From contig OX597832.1 of NCBI GenBank assembly GCA_951406725.2, forward strand, positions 41,726,001 to 41,790,000: a DNA stretch of 64,000 bases. The letters are read 5' to 3'. This document shows, in pieces, positions 26,217 through 38,514 of the stretch. The DNA comes from Octopus vulgaris (Eukaryota). The notes below the pieces were generated by a model. The model ran no database searches. It was not told the origin of the DNA and was given only the letters and a program-made list of their open reading frames with translations. The translations under genes were made by a program, and so were the position numbers. The stretch's first letter is position 1; every line of letters begins with the position of its first letter.

Positions 26217-26859
26217 TGATGACGAAGATACTGAAGCCAACAACAACAACAGCAGCAATAACAATGGCGATGATGATGATGATGATGATAATGATGATGA
26301 CAATTTTGATAATGGTAACAAAACAGAACTCGTCATTGCTCTGAAAGGACATGTAGATTTATTTACACATTTACAGTACCGACAACCATAGCCTCAGTTT
26401 ATCTAGGGATTGTCAGTAAAATTAAGTAAGACTAGCTTAGTCTCAGGTTTGTACTGACTAAATTAACCTCTGACCAAAGTTAGTCCAACATTGCGCAAAA
26501 TCATCTTTTGGTGACCCTCACCCAAGTTTGCTCAAACTCTACCTAACTCTTATGATCTTCTAAAATCATCAAGACCCCACCAAATGAAGCAGCATTTTCC
26601 CTCCTAACATCTATAAGTATATTAATGTAAAGACGAAAGCTCAAATGTTGATAGAATTAGCCACCAAGAAGGGGCATTGCATGCTGGATGCCTTTAAGGG
26701 AATCCACTCCATTGCAAGCATTCAGACCAAACCTCCAGTTTAAGGATACTTTTCTTCCTCTCTCCCACTATTCTCAGAAACCCTGTAAAGGTTAATGGTG
26801 GGTGGGGGTCATCGTTGTTGTCACCTAGTGTGATCATAAGCTTTCATCTAATTATACTT

Positions 26860-27125
26860 AGTTAATTAGTTAGTTCTCTCCACGTCATGAGGTACATAAG
26901 GATGTAACGTGATTTCTCCAACTAGCTCTATTTTCTGCTGCTGTTTTGGTCTCCTTCCAGCTTCTTCTCCCTTCTCAATGGTCCTTCACCATCTGGTTCT
27001 CGGGCCCCTTGCTGCTCTTTCCTCTTCGGTCTGCCTATTTACAGCCACCATACAACCAATGTCTTGATCTTGTCCGGAGGGCGTGGCCAATGCAGTCCCA
27101 GCATCTGCATCATATTTCAGCAGCA
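26860..27125 (-). mobile_element. Decayed RTE-X-like LINE 3' end
   Basis: Frameshifted minus-strand peptides RCWDCIGHALR, GPRTRW*RTIEK and SWKETKTAAENRASWRNHVTSLCTS, followed by a (TAAC)n-like tail. Confidence 0.6.
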
Positions 27126-27618
27126 TCCAATTATACTGAGAAGCAGGTATAAAAATTCATGTATCAACATGAATCTTTGGATGATAAATGCAACTGTGAT
27201 GCATTCATGCATTTCCCAAAGCAATAAATATTGTGTGTTAAAAAAATAATCACAGAGTTTACAGGTAAAATGGGATGTTGGGACATTCATACATTTTCTT
27301 GAGTAAAATATATTGGCTGATAATCAATAAGATTACAACTGCATTTTTTTCTGCATGGATAGGTGCAGGATTAGGTTAAGGGTTAGGGTTAAGAAATGAA
27401 CTTCACAACCACAAGCTCCTAAGTTCAACCTCATGTGTTGTCTATGTATTTGCATGTGCTATGTTCCAGCTATGGCTCTCCTATCTGTTATTAATACAAA
27501 GTGTATCTAAAATAAATCAAGGGATCTCTGCTGGTTTCAATGAGGATTCTCCACTTGTTCAATTAGTAGAATGGTCTACATACACACTGAATTAGCATTT
27601 AAGTGCCTGAGTACTCTA

Positions 27619-27619
<1 letters not shown>

Positions 27620-27649
<30 letters not shown>

Positions 27650-28120
27650 GTTTAACATCCGCTTTCCATGCTAGCATGGGTTGGACGAATGACTGAGGGC
27701 TGGCGAACCAGATGGCTGCACCAGGCTCCAATCTTGATCTGGCAGAGTTTCTACAGCTGGATGCCCTTCCTAACACCAACCACTCCATGAGCGTAGTGGG
27801 TGCTTTTATGTGCCACCGCCACAGGGCCAACAGGCGATACTGGCAATGACCTCGCTCGAATCTTTTACATATGCCACCGGCACGGGTGCCAGTAAGGCGA
27901 TGCTGGTAACGATCACGCTTGAATGGTGTCTTTTACGTGCCACCGGCACGGAGGCCAGATAGCCGCTCTGGCAATGATCACACTCGGTTGGTGCTCTTAA
28001 TACCCTACAAGCATGGGGCTCGAGTGCCAGTAAGGCGACGCTGGTAACGATCACGCTTGAATGGCGCCTTTTAAGTGCCACTGGCAAGGAAGCCGATTAG
28101 CTGCTCTGTCAATGATCACA
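27620..28120 (-). mobile_element. RTE 3' UTR/tail
   Basis: (CAT)n, GCTTTCCATGCTAGCATGGG and repeated GTGCCACCGGCAC units. Confidence 0.8.
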
Positions 28121-28339
28121 CATATATATACTTAATGGCTCTCTGAATTACAGGTACAATCCATCTCACAGGCTTCTAAAAAGTTTCTCTCAACCAAATT
28201 TGAACCACAAGGCTTCGATTTATCCAACAGTATGGTAACAGAAACTTTCCCAAGATGCCATACAGCAGAATCGAACCCAGAGCCTCGTGATTGTGAAGTG
28301 AACTTCTTAACCATTTGGCTACGACTACATCAGCTCATC

Positions 28340-28830
28340 TTTTATCTTTTACTCACTTCACATCATTGGGCTGCGGCCATGCTGGGGCACCACCTTGAAG
28401 GGCTTTATTTTTTTTTCAGCCTGGTACTTTTTTTCTATTGGTCTCTTATGCAGAGACATAAACAAACCAACATGGGTTATGAAGCAGTGGTGAGAGACAA
28501 ACACACAAACATACACACACACACAGACATACACATATTTGTGTGTATGTGCATGCACATACACACACATGCATGCGGGCACATGCACACACACACATAC
28601 ACACACACATACACACGCACGCATGCACGCACGCACACACACACACGCACGCACACACACACACACACACACGAGAGGCTTCTTTCAGTTTCCATCCACC
28701 AAATTCACTCACAAGGCTTTGATGAGCCTAGGTTTACAGTAGCAGACACACACACTCAAGATGCCACACATTGAGACTGAACCTAGAACCACAAGGTTGG
28801 GAAGCAAGCCTCTTGTCACACAGCCAAGCC
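28340..28830 (-). mobile_element. Diverged SINE family B
   Basis: CTGCGGCCATGCTGGGGCACC ... CTTTCAGTTTCCATC.ACCAAATTCACTCACAAGGC. Confidence 0.7.
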
Positions 28831-29097
28831 AAAACCTATGCGTACTTTTACTGAAGTCTTTAAATGAGCAAGGAGTGTGATTTGAGGGAGATCTGGCTGC
28901 TGTTTGTAGCATGTTTAGTAACTTACATAGAAAGGCTCCCTCGTTGGTTTGTATCAATTAGTTAATTATCGGTCAGTGTTGTAATCTTATTGATAAAGTG
29001 ATGCTGATTAATGTGTATTGATTCCACACAGGAATTGAACCGATGCCAATTAGGTTACTATATTCACACAATAAACTTTCTACTATTGATTTTACTT

Positions 29098-29137
<40 letters not shown>

Positions 29138-29169
29138 CATATATATACATATATACATACATATATACA

Positions 29170-29205
<36 letters not shown>

Positions 29206-29264
29206 CATATACATATATATACATATACATATATACACATATACATACATATACATATATATAC

Positions 29265-29295
<31 letters not shown>

Positions 29296-29306
29296 CATAC
29301 ACACAT

Positions 29307-29379
<73 letters not shown>

Positions 29380-30442
29380 TAAGAAAGTTGGTATTATATA
29401 TATATAATTCTCTCTTTCTGCTTCTCTTTCTCTCTCTCTCTCTCTGTCTCTCACTTTTATGCTTCTGTCTTTCTATCTCTGTCTACCTCTTTCTGTCATT
29501 CTCTATGTCTACCTCTCTACCTCTTTATCTCTTTCTCTTTTTCTCCCTCACTTTGCCCTTACTTTTCAATTTTTCTCCTTCTTTTTCTTTACCTTCTCTC
29601 TCTCTCCCTCCTTCCCTTCCTCCCTCCTTGTCATTTTCACACATGTGCATCCATGTGCACATGCATACACACATAATATATTTAGTATGTGAGTGTATAT
29701 ATGTGTGTGTGCATGTACATATACATATTTTGTAGTCTGAGTCATGTACAAACACAGCCACAGAATCAAGACCACACATCTTACAGTATCAGAGTGGAAA
29801 TGTTTCGGCTGCAGTCTTCAGATCATAAATATATTAAGACATAGTGACCAACATTGGCATTACCAAATGATTCCTGTATGTATATACAGACAAATACAGG
29901 TATATCAAATACCATACAACATAAATTATTGATGTATTAAAATTATCTCCGCCTCTACAGGATTTGTCTTAATTATCGAATGGCAATTAAGACAAGCTCT
30001 GTATGAGAAAAGGAGACAATCTCAAGACTTAGGAATTCTCTAATGTTGATATGTCATTAAAGAAAAGGAGAGGTGTAATGTCTTGAGATAAGAGGATACT
30101 TGTAGACATGTGTTTCCGGTTCAACAAACATCATCAGCATGAGACTTGTCTTACCATTTCTCCTGTATCCAAGGGACTAAACTTGCACAGTTGAACAGAA
30201 ATGAGCCAGGAGAAATAACTCAGAGTGGTCGGTGGCATGTATTTGAACAACATATACAAATACAGACATATCAAATAATATACACTCTGCGAAGAAACCA
30301 AATAAAGTATAAGACATTGGAGCAAGATGTGGTCTTCTCGAGCTTGTCAGTTCCTGTTGAGCCATCCAACCCATGTCAACATGGAAAGAAGACATAAAAT
30401 AATGATGGCGATAATGATGATGATACACACACACACACACAC

Positions 30443-30815
30443 ACCATCATCATTGTGGTCATTGTTTAACATCTGCTTTCCATGCTGGCATGGGTTGGAC
30501 AGTTTGACTAAGGACTGGCAAGCCAGAAGGCTGTACCAGGCTCCAGTCTGATCTGGCAAGGTTTCTACAGCTGGATGCCCTTCTTAACACCAACCACTCT
30601 GAGTGTAGTGGGTGCCTTTTACTTGGCCACCGGCATGAGGGCCAGTCAGTAGGTACTGGCATCAACCATGTGTGAATGTTGCTTTTTGCATGCCACTAGC
30701 GTGGGTGCCAGTCAGGCAGTACTGGCATCGGCCATGATAATGACTGAACAGGTCTTTGCAAGCACAGTTTATTGCCCAATGATCAAAGGGTACTCTTAAA
30801 TGGGCTGGTTATGTA
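30443..30815 (-). mobile_element. RTE 3' UTR/tail, tail-to-tail with a short plus-strand stub at 30340-30423
   Basis: CTGCTTTCCATGCTGGCATGGGTTGGAC...GGATGCCCTTC. Confidence 0.75.
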
Positions 30816-31302
30816 TAAATTGCTTATTTATCAGCACGGCTGTGTGGTAAGACCATTGAAGTCGTCACACTGGTGTGCAGTGGACGAAAATTGTATTGAA
30901 AGACGCTCTACTGTAAGGTAAGACCTTTTTTGCTTTTTGAGTCTAGTGGGGTTTCGTTGTTTGTACAAGCAAGGAGTCCTCACTGAACTCTAGGCTCTTG
31001 GTCTTCCTGCGGTAGAGACGTATGCTTTTCTCACTTAGCTGTGAGAACTGCTGTTTGGAGGCGGATCCTGCCTCCAAATTAATTTAATTTGAGAATTGAA
31101 TTATTCTCAGTTATGTGCGAGAACTGTGTTTGTCTGCCTACATGGAAGTTTTTTGGAAAAATAATTTCAAGGAATTATACAAGGATTGAAAAAGCTCTGA
31201 AGGCCAGGAGTACCTGTGGCTGAAAAAATATTTGTCTTTGCAGTTTCCAGCTACCAAATCCACTTGCCCAAAGCTTTGGTCAGCCTGAGGATACAGCAGC
31301 AG

Positions 31303-31590
31303 ACATGGTTAGAGCAGCAGACTTGCAATCGAGGGATCACGGATTTGAATCTCAGACCGGGCAGTGTGTGTGTTTATGAGCGAAACACCTAAGCTCCACA
31401 CAGCTCTGGCAGAAGGTAATGGTGAACTTCTGCTGACTCTTTCACCACAACTTTCTCTCACTCTTTCCTCCTGCATCTTGCAGCTCACCTGTGACGGACA
31501 GGTGTCCCGTCCAGGTGGGGAACCTATATGCCAAGGAAATTGAGAAACCAGCCCTTATGAGCCAGGCATGGCTTGAGAAGGAACAAACAA
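31303..31590 (+). mobile_element. tRNA-derived SINE family D
   Basis: tRNA-like head TGGTTAGAGCAGCAGACTTGCAATC...GGATTTGAATCTC, internal CCTGTGACGGACAGGTGTCCCGTCCAGG (resembles a V-SINE-type 3' domain) and an (AAAC)n tail. Confidence 0.6.
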
Positions 31591-33060
31591 TTTGTGTCAT
31601 CATTTTGTACAAGCACCAAGAAATCTGATAGAAATTGAATTATAATTATTTTATGTTTTCCATATTTCCTGATATTACCTATGGTGGCAAGAGTACATTT
31701 CCAAAGTTACCTGTCATAAGACAGGTAACACTGTTCTATATTCATGTCAAGCTGAACCATGGAATCAACTTTGACGATTATACATATTGAGTAATTTTAT
31801 CAGTTTCGTTTGTAAATTCAAGCACACACACACAAATATGCACTATCTCTCTCTCTCTCTCTCACACACATATGCATTTGGGTAAGTACTTATCTGAATG
31901 CTGGAATTGATGTCTCAACAGGTAGGGAAGTACTTCTGCATGGTTTTAGCCCCCTCCAATGTAACATTAGAACTACTCAGACACCCACAGTACAAAATTA
32001 GTTGACAGAGATGTGACTGAGCCAGACATCTATCAACCACAACGATTGATTTTATTGAACAGAAGTTCCTCACAGAACTAAAAGCACCACTCATCTCCTG
32101 TCTTGAACCAGATGTAGGAACTCACTTTTTTCTCTATTGCTTCTGACAACTTACTTGAATGGTACTATTTTTTCCTAAAAGAAATTCCTTGAGTTTCAGT
32201 AGTGAAAACTCAGAACTATTTTTGTGATGGTAAAGACAATGACAACTAGCAGACAAGATAAAAGAAGAAAAAAAAAGAAGGGGGGAGAGAAGGTGGGGTG
32301 GGGGGTAGATTGATAAAAGAGGAAATTGATTGTAACAAGTGTTAGTCGAGATGTTTAGCAGGGAAAGAGATGGGGAAGAAGGCAACAAAAAAGAAATGCC
32401 ATGAATCAATAGACTACAGACATACAATCATACCCATACACACGAACTGGGAAGAGCTGTAGTTTGTTATAGTGATGATGGTGATGGGATGTTAATTAAT
32501 GGTGGTGGTGGTGGTGGGACGATGGTTGTATGTAGCAAGAGACTAATGGCAAACTATTTTTGCGGACATAAATTTTTTAAAGAAATGCCATACGACTTGG
32601 TTGTGTGCATCCTTAGTGCAAGTATTTGTTCGTCAAGCAATACCATCACAATCTCATGACTACCAACAACAAACAAACAACAACCATCACAAACAATAAA
32701 CATCATTGCACTCTGCCGCCACCATTTACCATTATCGTTTCTGTTGTTTTCTCTCATTTTGATTTCTTTCTTTTTTGGTATTTTTTTTTTGCCGTACCTT
32801 TTTTTGTCTCTTGTGTTTTGTATCTCTAAGCACTCCTTACCTGAACGCTAATCTTCCTCTGCCTCTATTCACCATTATCAGCTGCAATGACACTGCTGTC
32901 ATCACAATTCATTTAACTTTCACTTATTTGTCTTTTACTCTATTTGAGTTATTTCCCTTGACATGACACAACCAGTCGGTTGGAATGTACTGTGCTTAAC
33001 TATATATATATATGTATGTATGTATGTATGTATCTATGTATGCATATATATGTATGTATA

Positions 33061-33096
<36 letters not shown>

Positions 33097-33100
<4 letters not shown>

Positions 33101-33300
33101 TAATTCAAACAAGAAAGCACAAAAAAACACAACAACGCGAGGACGTGGAACAAATATAGTATTATTGGACGCCCAGGAAAGAAGGAGGGTTTAACGTTTC
33201 GAGCGGAGCTCTTCGTTGGAAACATAGGAGAAGGAAAGATCCAGAGAAGGGAAGACAGAGGAAAAAAAATCGCCAACAGTAGACACGAGGTCACATTTTG
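33097..33300 (-). mobile_element. Penelope-like non-autonomous element with hammerhead-like motif (33189-33223)
   Basis: Reverse complement of 38515-38720. Minus strand reads GTTT-CCAACGA-A-GAGC-TCC-GCTC-GAAAC-GTT-AAAC. Confidence 0.65.
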
Positions 33301-33306
33301 AAAGCG

Positions 33307-33663
33307 GACTCGGCGTTGCCGGGTCATAGTGCTAGTGTATGCATATACAGCTGCGTGCATGCACACATACACGCGAGTACTGTCCAAATCTCTGACCAAT
33401 CACATACAGCTAGCTGGCATTCAATTGGCGTATCAAGTTTCAGGCATTTTGATTGGGTTTTGGATAGAAAATTCACAAAAAGGTCACTTCTAATAATTTT
33501 TTAATGGCTTTTAATGGGGTGACTGGGGAAATGTAAAGATGTGCACGACCACCCTTGGACGGTTTTGAATGACCATAGAAAGTGTGAGCCCTCAAACTGA
33601 AAAATTGTGGATTTGTATAAAGGACACACACGCAGACATTTTGCCGTTTATATATAGAGAGAT
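33307..33663 (-). mobile_element. Non-autonomous Helitron-like element (second copy at 40531-40877)
   Basis: Minus-strand start ATCTCTCTATATATAAA and GC hairpin GAC.CGGC-GTT-GCCGGGTC next to CATAGTGCTAGT. Two ~350-bp copies in the window. Confidence 0.65.
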
Positions 33664-33681
33664 ATATATATGAATGCATGC

Positions 33682-33717
<36 letters not shown>

Positions 33718-34772
33718 GTATATATGTATATATGTATAAATTAGAAAAAGACCACCCTTTATCAATTCAACAATGAAAAAATTAAATTATATGTGTGTGC
33801 ATGTGTGTATGTGTGTGTGTGCACGCGCGTGTGTTTATGTGTCTGTATTTCTCCCCCACCCTCACCAACATCACTTCACAACCGATGCTGGTGTGTTTAC
33901 ATACCCCGTAACTTAGCGGTTTAGCAAAAAGTGACCAATAGAATAAGTACTCGGCATACAAAGAAAATGTCCAGAGGTTGATTTGCTTGACTAAAAAGTG
34001 ATGAGAATATAGTATGAGGGCATGGTAGGAGAGAGAGAGAGAGAGAGAGAGAGAGTTACAGATGGCCACAATATCAAGCTACTCTGGATCATCAAATACC
34101 AAGCAGGGACACAAGTTGTTGGAGTACTAACAGCAGTATACAAGTATGACCGTAACCAACTAGCAGGAATAGATTTTTAAAAAAATACCATGTGAACAAG
34201 TACTAATTTATAAAAATGAATGATGAATTGATAGATGTGAGATACAAATTATATATCATTCTTAATAAATAAAAAGCTTTGAGATACATTCAATATTGAT
34301 ATCAATGGTATATGTTATGGTCTGGTGTATATGAATCAATACTACTCTCTTTCTTTCTCTCACCCTTACTTACCCTCTCTATCTTTCTCTTTTTCTCATC
34401 TTTACTTACCCTCTCTCTCTGTCTCTCTTTCTCTCACCCTTACTTACCCTGTCTCTCTCTCTCTCTCTCTGGGTCAGTATGCAATATTACATTCTTTTTC
34501 CTTTATCTCTTTCCTTCACTAATATTTCTCTCTGCTCCTACCGCTTTGTGTCTTGATGTCCTTTCTAATATCCGTTTGTATCTGTGTATATGTGTGTATG
34601 TGCTTGCGTATTGAGAAAGAGAGAGAGAGAGAGGGAATGAAAGAAAAGTAAAGAAAGATGTTCAAAGGTGGAGTAACAGACCTATCAGACCATCAATCTC
34701 TTGCTTTATGTCTGCCTCTCTGACTTTCTATTTCTGCTTATACAGTTATCTATCTCTCTAACTATCTAACTA

Positions 34773-34810
<38 letters not shown>

Positions 34811-35189
34811 TGTATATATATCTATTTATCTGATTATCTATCTATCTAACCAGCTGTCTCTCTCTCTCTCTCTCACACACACACTATCTGTCTGTCTATC
34901 TAGTCTTCCTATCAAGCAGAAACAGACTCCAACACATAAATCAAGCTATCTATACATAAGTGTGGAAGACAGGACACAAACAGAGGAATAGTGAGAATTG
35001 TAATAGCACCAAAACAGAGAGTTGGGGCAAGAGGTGCACGTTCAACAGTGGGATCAAGATCAGAGGGGATTCAAGGCAAGGAATGTCCTGTAGGACACAC
35101 AACAGTCGGTTTCCTTTCCTTGTATACATCAGAATGTTTGTGAGTTTGTTCATATGTGCTTGAGAGAGAGAGATCAAAGTGTGAAAGTA

Positions 35190-35845
35190 AATCTCCGCTC
35201 AAGCATGTCCTCAGTTCAAATACTAGGTTTCCTCACACAAGACAAAACATCTCCAGAATTGAGTCACCCCAGAGGGCACTCACTAAACAAATTGAAGGCA
35301 TGGCTGCTCTCGATTATTGGGATCGCCTTAAAGCCTTGAAACTTTACTCCCTCCAGCGTCGCCGTGAGTGGTACATCCTTTGTACGATGTGGAAAATATA
35401 CCGCCAACTTTGCCCAAACGACCTAAACATTAGCTTCAAGGTTCATCCAAGACTTGGACCACGGGCTATACGTCCCCTGCCCAATTCAAGATCACAACAT
35501 ACATGTACACTGCAACATAATTTCTTTTCCTCAACAGGCCCTGCCCTATTTAACATTGTCCCGAGGGAGATCAAAGAGGAAAAGGATCCCATCAACTTTA
35601 AACAGTCTGGATAGATTCCTTCAAAGAATACCAGATAAGCCACCCATAATTGGATACAACTCACCCAACAAGAACTCACTACTTGAACAAAACTGGATAC
35701 AACTCACCCAACAGGAACTCACTACTTGAACAAAACTTGACTTAAACAGGATTCGAATAATCCTATCAGGTGGTGCTATTAAGTTAGACATGGCCTGGAC
35801 CAATCTTTGGTCGAAACATATCTAAGTTTATCTAAGTTTATTTAA
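35190..35845 (+). mobile_element. 5'-truncated CR1/L2-group LINE, ORF2 C-terminus and 3' end
   Basis: Peptide QRALTKQIEGMAALDYWDRLKALKLYSLQRRRE...GPALFNIVPREIK...FKQS / LDRFLQRIPDKP (frameshift), a 42-bp internal duplication and a (TCTAAGTTTA)2 tail. Confidence 0.85.
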
Positions 35846-35871
35846 CAGCAACATAGAATTCCACTGTGGAT

Positions 35872-36275
35872 GGTGGGTGAGATGCCACAGGTTTCCGTTC
35901 CCAACTCAAGCCAGCAGGGCTGGACAGAGGGGATCTCAAGAGGCCAGACAGTGTGACAATTTTCCTAGAGATACCACATGTGACAACACCTTCGCCAGTG
36001 GTAACCTAGTGAGTTCTGCTTCCAACCCAGGCTTCACTGCTCATCAAGCTGAGAAGGTCAAAATATCAAAGTATCAGCCCTTCTCTGACAAATTTGTAGT
36101 CAAGCCTATGACAATGGAAACCTCTGGCATTCTTGGCCCCTGGACTACATCCCCACTCACTGCTATCAGGACCACATCCCCACTCACTGCCCCTGGACTA
36201 CATACTGCTTTGTGAGCAGCATGTCTCCCTTGCATTTCTCCAGGGCAAAGCCTTTTCCATTTTGTCCATCAGGAA
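35872..36275 (+). pseudogene. CRE-clade non-LTR retrotransposon, restriction-like endonuclease C-terminal remnant
   Basis: Joined frames give PAGLDRGDLKRPDSVTIF / DTTCDNTFASGNL...AHQAEKVKISKY...VKPMTMETSGILGP / VSLAFLQGKAFSIL. This matches the CRE pattern DGKRPDG..WD.TC..T.A..AE..K..KY..P.A.ET.G..G..S.A.QRGNA.SIL. Confidence 0.75.
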
Positions 36276-36902
36276 CAGGAGGCAGACTGGCAAGTTTTCT
36301 CTTTTTAATTATAACTTTTGTATCTCTTAAGACCTCACATACCCTCTTAAAACATTTAACAAATTATGTGCTATCTTCTCCATCTTTGAAAATCAAGTTT
36401 TCAATCTATTATCACAACTACTGCTACCACCAGCATAACTTTCACGTCTGTCACTGCCATCATCATCACCATCATCATCATCATCGCTACTACTACTATT
36501 AAACCCACCATCACCACAATTAATGCTACCACTACCACCACTGCAAGAACCACTCTTGCCACAACTTTAATCGCCACTACTCTACTGCCAGCAGTAGCTC
36601 CACTGCCACCACAACTGCCACTACAGTAAGTAGCACTACCAACACCAAAACACCAACATCACAGCCACCACTGCTAATGCTACCACCACCAACACCACCA
36701 CCACCACCATTATCATCATCCCTTTCCATGCTTGTATCTGTCAATTTGTTGACGTGAATTTTCTATAGCCAGATGCCCTTCCTGTCACCAACCCTTACCT
36801 TTTTCCAAGCAAAGTTATATTTTTCCCATGGCCAGACATGATTTAATGGAAGACTGGAAATGAACAACATCACTTGTATGACAATGATGTCTGTTTATAA
36901 CC

Positions 36903-37302
36903 TATTTCTTTAGGGGCTAAACACAGAGGGGACAAACAAGGACAGACAAACGGATTAAGTCGATTATATCGACCCCAGTGCGCAGTTGGTACTTATTTAA
37001 TCAACCCCCGAAAGGATGAAAGGCATAGTTGACCTCGGTGTAATTTGAACTCAGAACATAGCGACAGACGAAATACCTATTTCTTTATTACCCACAAGGA
37101 GCTAAACACAGAGGGGACAAACAAGGACAGACATAGGTATTAAGTCAATTACATCGACCCCAGTGCGTAACTGGTACTTAATTTATCGACCCCGAAAGGA
37201 TGAAAGGCATAGTCGACCTCAGTGGAATTTGAACTCAGAACGTAGCAGCAGACGAAATACCGGTAAGTATTTTGCCCGGCGTGCTAATGTTTCTGCCAGC
37301 TC
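36903..37302 (-). mobile_element. SINE family A dimer within one 14-bp TSD
   Basis: TSD GTCTGTTTATAACC at 36889-36902 and 37303-37316. Same internal junction as at 25980. Confidence 0.9.
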
Positions 37303-37925
37303 GTCTGTTTATAACCATTATGTAATATCAAGGCAAAAGTACACACACACACATGACTTTCAGTTTCCATCTGCCAATCCATTCAGAAGGCTTTGGTCTG
37401 CTTGGGGCTATAGTAGAAGACATTTGCCGAAGACACTTGCCCAAGATGCCATACAATGGGACTGAACCTTAGGCCACATGATTATGAAGAAAGCTACACA
37501 CATACACACACTTATATATATACACATGCAAACACATAGTTCTCTGACTAAATCATGATATTTTTTTTTTAAGAAAAAAACTTGTAAAACAACTAAATTT
37601 TAAGCTGTAAAAGACAAGTCAGCTAGATCTGCAAATTCATATATTTATAATTACATTAATCAGCAAATGTCATCTGAATCTTAAATGAGTAATGATGCCA
37701 ATTAATATTGAAATAACGATTCTTCAACGTTAATTTCTGAATGACTCAAAGCCAGTTTAGTTACTATGGTTACATCATTAATTTGTGTTCTATCAGTGAT
37801 GTGTTTGCTTCAGCAACCATGAATAAAAACATACTGGAGTATGACCAATGAATCTTTGAATAATCTAAGTATTTTTAGCTTCCTTGAATTTTATAAAAGT
37901 TCTTTTAAATATATGTATGATACAT

Positions 37926-37963
<38 letters not shown>

Positions 37964-38180
37964 ATACACCACAAGCATGTATATGTATATATATATACAA
38001 AACGCCCCCCCCTCTATCCCCTGGTCCAATGGACGGTGCTGAGTTGTCAAACATTTAAACCAAATTTTCTCCAAACAACTTATCCGACTGTCCCATAGGC
38101 CTCCCCTTCGAGAAACACTGATTTAACCTAAATTTGAGACACCGGCAAAAGAAGAAATAGAGATAGACTTTTTTTCTATT

Positions 38181-38355
38181 GAAAAATCCTTCAAGAATCC
38201 ATAAAAATTCTCGGATCATCTGATCCTTGTGTCATTACCAATTTTTCCTGCAAGTTTCATCAAATACCGTTCACAACTTTTTGAGTTATTTTGCATACAG
38301 ACAGACAAACCAACGCCAATGAAAGCATAACTTCATTCCTTGGTGGAGGTAATTA
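38181..38355 (+). mobile_element. Helentron/HINE-like non-autonomous end fragment
   Basis: CAAGTTTCATCAAA...ACAGACAGACAAAC...CATAAC...CCTTGGTGGAGGTAA, a layout typical of such elements (inference). Confidence 0.45.
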
Positions 38356-38514
38356 AAAGATATATCTGTTTAAAAACAAAATTTTCATGCTAGATTACAT
38401 ATACATTTAGCAGTATATACATATACCAAACCATCTATAATATACATATATACACTAAACATAGAGGCATATACATATACAGACATATATAGGCAAGACA
38501 TAGATATATATATT

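Noticed and set aside
27368-27392. Telomere-like TTAGGG repeats
   Set aside because: Only one exact unit within a short degenerate run.
32834-32885. Minus-strand donor CAG|GTAAGG with a short upstream exon
   Set aside because: An isolated motif with a weak acceptor, expected by chance in 64 kb.
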